Assembly: GCA_943358385.1 (NCBI GenBank)
Contig: CALRGX010000001.1
Coordinates: 2,380 to 66,379, forward strand
Direction: 5' to 3'
Length of the DNA stretch: 64,000 nt
DNA from: Parcubacteria group bacterium
Lineage (GTDB): Bacteria; Patescibacteriota; Minisyncoccia; Phycocordibacterales; UBA2100
A model generated the notes under the pieces. The model was given only the letters and a program-made list of their open reading frames with translations, was not told the DNA's origin and made no database searches. Positions 57,808 to 64,000 of this stretch are shown one piece after another. A program made the position numbers and the translations under genes. The number at the start of each line of letters is the position of its first letter. Within the stretch, counting starts at the first letter, position 1.

Positions 57808-58348
57808 AAAATGCATCCACATACTTGGCTTTTCCTGCAGCGCCATAGTCCAAAAGGTACGCATGCTCCCAAACATCAAGCGCGATGATGATGGGGAGTG
57901 TAGCAAAATGTCCTTGGTGCTGTTCTCCTGAGAAACCAAGATGAAACATTTTTTCCTGAGGGTCGAAGTAGAGGTTTGCCCATCCCGGGCCACGCATCAG
58001 CGCCACTCCTTTCATGTGCTGTACGAGCACCTCGACACTGCCAAACTGGAGGGTGAGTGCTTTTGAAAGCGAGCTCTCTGCGCTAAAAGGGCTGGCGCCG
58101 CCTTCCAATTGCGCAAAATACAGCTCGTGCAAACGCATGCCACCAAATTCAAACGAACGGCGGCGGATGATTTCGGAAAGTGCATGTGCATTTTTTTCTG
58201 AATCTACCGCCAGCTCAGTAATCAATCCACTCATCGCGTTGAAATTTTTTACATACCCAAGGTACAGGCCGAGGTGCTCTTCGATAGAGCGTGCAGAGAT
58301 GCCTTCTAGGGTGGGAATGATAAACGTTTTTGCTTCGTAGGTATGCAT
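57761..58348 (-). CDS. Fe/Mn superoxide dismutase family
   Basis: EEHLGLY, LHELYF, GPGW, LDVWEHAY. Confidence 0.9.
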   Translation of the reverse strand: MHTYEAKTFIIPTLEGISARSIEEHLGLYLGYVKNFNAMSGLITELAVDSEKNAHALSEIIRRRSFEFGGMRLHELYFAQLEGGASPFSAESSLSKALTLQFGSVEVLVQHMKGVALMRGPGWANLYFDPQEKMFHLGFSGEQHQGHFATLPIIIALDVWEHAYLLDYGAAGKAKYVDAFFKNLNWSVVESRLAA

Positions 58349-58428
58349 ACACAATAGATTAGAGATTAAAATGGAAGAATCAAAGATTACACACTCACAG
58401 TATAGCAAAGCGTCGTATACTAGAATGT

Positions 58429-59289
58429 ATGAAGAGAAGTGCGATCCTGTGGGGCGTGCTCCTGCTCTTGGTCGTCATGACGATGGGGGTCTGGGGCGCA
58501 GTCGTAGAGCTTTCGCGACCCGGGCAACTAAGGGTCACCTTCCTCAATGTCGGCCAAGGTGATGCCATCCTCATTGAGTCTCCTACGCGCAGGCAGGTAC
58601 TTATTGACGGCGGGCGCGACCGAGCAGTATTGCGTGAGTTGGGGGCAGTGATGCCATGGTGGGATCGAAGCATTGATGTGGTGATTGCGACACATCCCGA
58701 TGCAGACCATGTAGGTGGGCTGTTTGAAGTGCTCGCTCGCTATGAAGTGCAGACCATTTTCCAAAGTGGGGTACAAAATGACACGCTGCAGACCGAATCT
58801 TTACTTTCTGCAGTCTCTCGCGAGCGCAGTAATGGGGCAGAAGAGCGCTTGGCGCGGCGTGGGCAGATTATTGATATAGGTGGGGGTGCGTACATACAGA
58901 TTCTTTTTCCCGATAGGGATGTGTCTGGGCTTGAAACAAATACGGCGTCAATTGTTATGCGTGTTGTGTATGGAGACACTGCCTTTTTGCTGAACGGAGA
59001 CTCTCCGAAGACTATCGAAGAGTATCTCGTGCTCTTGGACGGGGTGCATTTAAAATCAAACGTACTCAAGGCAGGGCACCACGGGTCAGATACCTCGTCT
59101 GCCATTTCTTTTGTGGGGTATGTATCACCCGAGTGGGCTGTGTTTTCCCGAGGTTGTGACAATACCTATGGCCATCCGCACCAAGAGGTGGTTGACCTTA
59201 TGAAGCGCTTTGAAATTGCAACCAAAGATACTTGCCTGGACGGGCGCGTATCCTTTACGTCGGACGGGAAGTCGGTGCTTGCTAAATAG
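58429..59289 (+). CDS. ComEC-type metallo-beta-lactamase-fold nuclease domain
   Basis: NVGQGD, THPDADHVGG, LKAGHHGS, YGHP. Confidence 0.9.
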   Translation: MKRSAILWGVLLLLVVMTMGVWGAVVELSRPGQLRVTFLNVGQGDAILIESPTRRQVLIDGGRDRAVLRELGAVMPWWDRSIDVVIATHPDADHVGGLFEVLARYEVQTIFQSGVQNDTLQTESLLSAVSRERSNGAEERLARRGQIIDIGGGAYIQILFPDRDVSGLETNTASIVMRVVYGDTAFLLNGDSPKTIEEYLVLLDGVHLKSNVLKAGHHGSDTSSAISFVGYVSPEWAVFSRGCDNTYGHPHQEVVDLMKRFEIATKDTCLDGRVSFTSDGKSVLAK

Positions 59290-59357
59290 CATATTTTATT
59301 ATATAATATACAACAGAGGAGCCTGCACCTGCATGCTCTAGAAGTAGGAGAAAAGCC

Positions 59358-59807
59358 TTGAAAAACGTGATGAAATGCGTCCTTGCTGCCTTCGGTCTGT
59401 GGAACTGCGTTGTGCCGGCTTCGGCCCAGCACACCGCCGATCCTTATGCCATTCTGCGCGGCATGACCTGCGACCCGCGGCTCCCTAACTGCGGCCAGCA
59501 CCAGGGCCGTCCGGGGCAACCCAATGACGGACGCTACCGGCACTATGGGCGCGCATTTCCGGAGCGACGAGACCACCTCCATGGACGGCCGCTTTTCGGA
59601 AACGGAGCTGGTTTCACCAGTGGTCGCTACGGCGACAACCGTGTGCGGCAGTTCGATGGGCGCTTCCGCAACGACCATCGACGTCACGGCGGCGTGACTC
59701 ACGGGACACCGCACGTTCAGCAGCATGGTCCGCAGCTCCTCGGCCACCAGGTGTGCGACTTCACAGCGAGTGGGCAGCCTCTTGGTTGCCGATTCGTGCC
59801 TCGCTAA
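59358..59807 (+). CDS. Exported Gly/Arg/His-rich low-complexity protein
   Basis: AGGAG RBS, signal peptide, Cys pair at each end, downstream hairpin. Confidence 0.65.
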   Translation: MKNVMKCVLAAFGLWNCVVPASAQHTADPYAILRGMTCDPRLPNCGQHQGRPGQPNDGRYRHYGRAFPERRDHLHGRPLFGNGAGFTSGRYGDNRVRQFDGRFRNDHRRHGGVTHGTPHVQQHGPQLLGHQVCDFTASGQPLGCRFVPR

Positions 59808-59887
59808 GACAGCGTCGAGTCGCAACGCGAACAAAACAACCCGGACTAATTGTCCGGGTTGTCCTTTTTGAATCGGATGCTTTCGCC

Positions 59888-60154
59888 CTACTTTGTCACA
59901 GGAGTGTTTCGCTTGATGATGCCCGCCTTTTTGAGGGTTGCGTACGCACCATTCTTGCGGAGGGTCTTCAAGCCTTTTGCTGATGCAGTAAAGGTTACTT
60001 TCTTGCCGATTTCAGGCACGAATACTGTTTTCTTCTGGAGGTTGACGTGGCGGCGGCGTTTCCCTGTAGGATTGAACTGTGTTGCACGGGTGCGGTTAGA
60101 GTACCCGCCTCCAACGATTGATGTCTTGCCTGTGATGTCACACTTTTTGGCCAT
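59888..60154 (-). CDS. rpmB: 50S ribosomal protein L28
   Basis: MAKKCDITGK...KRRRHVNLQKK...KGLKT. Confidence 0.9.
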   Translation of the reverse strand: MAKKCDITGKTSIVGGGYSNRTRATQFNPTGKRRRHVNLQKKTVFVPEIGKKVTFTASAKGLKTLRKNGAYATLKKAGIIKRNTPVTK

Positions 60155-60187
60155 AACGCGTCGTATGCTACCATTCTCGCATTGAGT

Positions 60188-60811
60188 ATGCAACCAGACA
60201 CTATTTTTCTCGTTATCGTCCTTATTTACTCGGTGGTCCTGCATGAGGCAGCACACGGCTACATGGCAAATTACCTCGGCGACCCCACCGCCCGCTTGTT
60301 GGGAAGGCTCACCCTGAACCCCTTAAAGCATATAGACCCGATGGGTTCGGTCATTTTGCCGGCACTCCTTGCATTCAGTAACGCACCATTTCTTTTTGGG
60401 TGGGCAAAACCAGTTCCGTATAACCCATACAACTTGCAGCGCGGTGGAAGGTGGGCAGAGGCGTTGGTTGCTGGTGCAGGGCCGCTCAGTAACATTTTTT
60501 TGGCCGTGGTATTTGCGGTGGTAACCCGCTTCGCTACATCACCCGCAATCGCAGAGTTGTCTTTTATGATCGTGTCGGTGAATGTCATGCTCGCCTTTTT
60601 CAATCTGGTGCCGATCCCACCACTGGATGGGTCAAAGATTCTTTCTGCCTTGTTGCCGCACCCACTCAATCTTTCGTGGGAGCGCGTGCGCGTGCAGCTG
60701 GAACAAAACCCTTTTCTTGGTTTCGGCATGGTCATACTTTTCGTTGTACTGTTCGGAGGTATCTTTGGAAGTGCGGTGTTTGCCCTGGCACGCCTGCTTG
60801 CGGGCGTATGA
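60188..60811 (+). CDS. Site-2 protease (M50)
   Basis: HEAAH, AGPLSN, FNLVPIPPLDG. Confidence 0.93.
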   Translation: MQPDTIFLVIVLIYSVVLHEAAHGYMANYLGDPTARLLGRLTLNPLKHIDPMGSVILPALLAFSNAPFLFGWAKPVPYNPYNLQRGGRWAEALVAGAGPLSNIFLAVVFAVVTRFATSPAIAELSFMIVSVNVMLAFFNLVPIPPLDGSKILSALLPHPLNLSWERVRVQLEQNPFLGFGMVILFVVLFGGIFGSAVFALARLLAGV

Positions 60812-61194
60812 GGTGGATAATTGCAGTAAGCCTGGCAGCTCTCTGTATCCTTGGCTTGGGTCTATGGCTACTCGATCAGCTGAACAATCACGGGGCAACT
60901 CCTGTGCCAGTGGTGCAAGACACGCTCTCCATCGTGCTCACGCCTGACGGATTTGTGCCAAAGGAGCCGACCATACAGTTGGGAACGACGGTTACCTTTT
61001 CAAATACTACTGGTAGAGAATATTGGCCAGCGTCTGACCTGCACCCGTCACATGCGATATACAGTGCTTTTGACCCTGCTCGGCCTCTGCAACCCGATGA
61101 GATGTGGGCTTTCACGTTTGAAAAGGTTGGATCATGGGGCCTTCACGACCATATCCGTTCGTACTACACTGGGCTGATTCATGTTGTGGAATAA
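60808..61194 (+). CDS. Exported cupredoxin-like protein
   Basis: FVPKEPTIQLGTTVTFSN, WPASDLHPSH, FTFEKVGSWGLHDH. Confidence 0.8.
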   Translation: MRWIIAVSLAALCILGLGLWLLDQLNNHGATPVPVVQDTLSIVLTPDGFVPKEPTIQLGTTVTFSNTTGREYWPASDLHPSHAIYSAFDPARPLQPDEMWAFTFEKVGSWGLHDHIRSYYTGLIHVVE

Positions 61195-62410
61195 TCGCAA
61201 AAGTTTCCTCGTTGCAAGTTGCCTTATTGGTGTCGCTGTTATCGGCGGCCTATTTTATTTTTTCCTGAGCCGTTCGCCTTTGTCTGAGTACATCAAAAAG
61301 GCTGATGCGTGTGCGGTGCAATTTGCTCAAGCAGAAGAACAGATCGGTTGCTGGTACCGTGTTATAGAAGAGGCGATCAACACTGAGAGCATCGACGACG
61401 GCATGAAAGTGTTTTCGTACGTGTACGAAAACTTCACGCCCTTTATCGAATCAGGATGCCATCGTCATGCTCATAAAATAGGCGATATTGTGTACTATGG
61501 CCAATACCTCGCCAACCCCGACATTGACGCTATTGATTTTCCACAATCAACAACCGCCTGCGGGTATGGGTTTTACCATGGTTTCCTAGAACACCTCGTC
61601 CAAGATAATCCTGATTCCGCTTTTGTGACTGATGTGTGCACAACGTTGGGAAAGAAATATGGAGCAACTATGGGCGACATTCAGCTCACGTGTTACCACG
61701 GTGCGGGGCATGGATTTATGCTTGCCGAAATTGAAAAGCAAGAAAAACAATACTGGGGAAACATCCCGGTGTTCTCAAAGCGTCCTGTGGAACTTTGCAA
61801 TGGGTTGCCTGAGGCACGAGAGGGAGACCGCGAAGAATGCAGACAGGGTATTTTTAACGTGATTATGGAGTGGGGAGAGGTGAAGAACTATGGTTTTAGT
61901 TACGAAAAAGAGGCGCCGCTTGCGGTGTGTCATGGGCTGAGCGCAGGACTCCTTCATGCGTGTTACTACGAAGCGGCGCAGAAGTTTGATGGCGTTGCGC
62001 AGAAGGACCTTGCTCGTGCGTGGCGCATTGCACAAGCAGAATCTCCCGAACACGCACTGATGATTCTCAACGTTGCGGTGGCAGGAGTAGTGCAACAGAC
62101 CATCGCTGATGATTCATATGCAGCATTCGGAAAAGGATGCACTACCTTGCCGACAGGGCCAAAATCTGGATGCATCGAATCAATCGTCAATGGTCTGTAT
62201 GAACATGGAGCACCCACCGAAGAATTCAAAAGAGCGCTGGCTTTCTGTCAGTTGGACTATGTGCAAAATGACCCGGATGCTTCAGAGGCGTGCATGCGCG
62301 CTTTTGTGCAGCGATTGCCGCGCTTCTACACTCCAGATCGAATTGTGGGCGAAGTGTGCCCCCTTTTAGAGGGGAAACCACGCGAAACCTGTGACGCATT
62401 TGGCGAATAA
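61181..62410 (+). CDS. Membrane-anchored Cys/His-rich repeat protein
   Basis: CHRHAHKIG, CGYGFYHG, CYHGAGHG, CRQGIF. Confidence 0.8.
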   Translation: MLWNNRKSFLVASCLIGVAVIGGLFYFFLSRSPLSEYIKKADACAVQFAQAEEQIGCWYRVIEEAINTESIDDGMKVFSYVYENFTPFIESGCHRHAHKIGDIVYYGQYLANPDIDAIDFPQSTTACGYGFYHGFLEHLVQDNPDSAFVTDVCTTLGKKYGATMGDIQLTCYHGAGHGFMLAEIEKQEKQYWGNIPVFSKRPVELCNGLPEAREGDREECRQGIFNVIMEWGEVKNYGFSYEKEAPLAVCHGLSAGLLHACYYEAAQKFDGVAQKDLARAWRIAQAESPEHALMILNVAVAGVVQQTIADDSYAAFGKGCTTLPTGPKSGCIESIVNGLYEHGAPTEEFKRALAFCQLDYVQNDPDASEACMRAFVQRLPRFYTPDRIVGEVCPLLEGKPRETCDAFGE

Positions 62411-62501
62411 ACATCTACTTGAACTTGCGTTCTGAAAGCGGTAGGGTGCACGAGGAGGTGAGCCATTCTCATCAATAAATAGGCATACGGAGGTACCTGC
62501 A

Positions 62502-62950
62502 ATGCACCACTTTCTCTTCTACCTTTTCGCCAGCCTCTTTCTCATGGCTGGTGCGGCAACCGGAGGATTGTACTATCTGGCGAGCGTACAGCTTGCCGAT
62601 GGTGCCCTGGTGGTCCCCATGGCTGTTCTCACGATGCTCTTGGCAGGCTGCGTCATATATTGGGGCGTCAGCTTGCGCCGGCACGCACATGTGGTGCGCA
62701 CCTTCGGTGTGAATCGCTCATCATCGGCGTGGGCATGCTCATCGTCAAGCTCTCGGCTTTCAAGGGTGTGGTCACCCTTGCTTCGGCGGTGCAGTTTCTC
62801 ACACAGTCATACAACTGGGGCGTGCTCGTCGCCGCGCTCGGCTTCGTGATAGTGGGCATCTATCTGGTGTTTGAGTTCGAACACAAGCATCAGGTCGAGC
62901 ATCTCGTCGAGAGGGGTTCCGCAGAGAAGAGTATGATTGAGACTGCCTGA
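62502..62950 (+). pseudogene. Four-TM membrane protein split by a 1-nt frameshift (pseudogene or sequence error)
   Basis: GGAGG RBS; two TMs in one frame and two in another; adding one base near 62711 joins them (RTFGV-ESLIIG). Confidence 0.65.
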
Positions 62951-63097
62951 CGTTGCATTAGACGCGGACCAAAGGTCCGCGTCTTCACTTTTTTAAGTGT
63001 TGCACCAGCGTCTTTCGGGGGTGTTGGCGCGGGCTGCTTGTTGCATTATGGAGTGCGCTGTAGTACAGTGCCCGCACCTCGTTAGAGGCGATTTCAC

Positions 63098-63514
63098 ATG
63101 GCAACAATCAATCAATTGGTAAAGCGCGGTCGCACCGATCGCATCAGAAAGACCAAGACGGCTACGCTTGGCCGTGGTTTCAATGTGCTTAAAAATCGCC
63201 CAACATTCTATGCGTCGCCATTCAAGCGCGGCACGTGTGTCAAAGTAACTACCAAGACTCCTCGCAAGCCTAACTCTGCTATCCGTAAAATTGCTCGCGT
63301 ACGCCTTACTAATGGCCAAGAAGTTACTGCGTACATCCCAGGAGAGAAGCACACGCTCCAAGAGCACTCGGTGGTTATGATTCGCGGAGGTCGTGTAAAA
63401 GACATCGGGGTGCGTTACACAATTGTGCGCGGTCGCCTCGACGCTGCAGGTGTTGATGCGCGCCGCCGTGGCCGTTCACGCTACGGAGCCAAGAAACCAA
63501 AGGCAGGTAAATAA
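63098..63514 (+). CDS. rpsL: 30S ribosomal protein S12
   Basis: [27 protein letters not shown]. Confidence 0.98.
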   Translation: MATINQLVKRGRTDRIRKTKTATLGRGFNVLKNRPTFYASPFKRGTCVKVTTKTPRKPNSAIRKIARVRLTNGQEVTAYIPGEKHTLQEHSVVMIRGGRVKDIGVRYTIVRGRLDAAGVDARRRGRSRYGAKKPKAGK

Positions 63515-63525
63515 TTTTCTATACT

Positions 63526-63987
63526 ATGCGACGCCCGATAAAGAAACGTGATCCAGTGCGCCCAGACCCGATATACCAATCGGTATTGGTAACCAAACTC
63601 GTCAACTACGTCATGGAACGTGGCAAGAAAGACACCGCACGAAAAGTCATCTACGACGCATTTGAAATCTTGAAGAAAGATGGCGAGCCTGCAACGATGC
63701 TTGCAACGGCTATCGAGAATGTGCAGCCTTCACTCGAAGTGCGCTCGCGCCGCGTCGGTGGCGCAAACTATCAAGTGCCTACCCCTGTTCGTCCTGAACG
63801 TCAGCTTGCTCTCGCACTCCGCTGGATGCGCGACGCTGCTCGCTCCAAGAAGGGGAAGCCAATGTCGCAAAAGCTCGCTGCAGAAATTCTTGCTGCAAGC
63901 AAAGGGGAAGGGGACGCTATTGCTAAGAAGGAGAATATGCACAAAATGGCAGAGGCCAACAAAGCATTCGCTCACTTTGCGTGGTAA
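63526..63987 (+). CDS. rpsG: 30S ribosomal protein S7
   Basis: RRVGGANYQVP, MAEANKAFAH. Confidence 0.98.
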   Translation: MRRPIKKRDPVRPDPIYQSVLVTKLVNYVMERGKKDTARKVIYDAFEILKKDGEPATMLATAIENVQPSLEVRSRRVGGANYQVPTPVRPERQLALALRWMRDAARSKKGKPMSQKLAAEILAASKGEGDAIAKKENMHKMAEANKAFAHFAW

Positions 63988-64000
63988 CACACTAAACACA

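Noticed and set aside
1-64000. Alternative genetic code (TGA = Gly)
   Set aside because: Conserved genes are full length under code 11 and several end in TGA at expected positions

Overview
A core-chromosome segment of a small-genome bacterium, most likely Patescibacteria/CPR (Parcubacteria-like). This is inferred from the gene repertoire and protein styles; TGA is read as stop. It holds about 65 CDS covering nucleotide salvage (prs, apt, purB), RNA metabolism (pnp, rny, nusA, CCA enzyme), repair and recombination (Xer-type recombinase, xth, recJ, RNase HI, YraN, ComM), a type IV pilus/competence set (PilB, PilC, minor pilins, split ComEC), tpiA-pgk, clpP-tig, rpsO, rpmB and rpsL-rpsG, plus four tRNAs. 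No CRISPR array, rRNA or intact transposase was seen. Most notable: (1) a structured element behind three of four tRNAs, whose flanks are antisense and sense copies of the T-arm of its own host tRNA; (2) an E2-like + ThiF/E1 pair followed by an unannotated, separately transcribed 49-aa peptide; (3) parS-like palindromes written into the yraN coding sequence next to a DnaA-box cluster; (4) a window-wide leaderless promoter signature; (5) one palindrome abutting the -35 box of both rpsO and nusA; (6) unannotated mini-proteins, one Cys-rich and one 50% acidic; (7) an S12 with K42R and no Pro90. Many start codons were re-assigned downstream of the ORF-track start. All calls come from reading the sequence; no searches were run.
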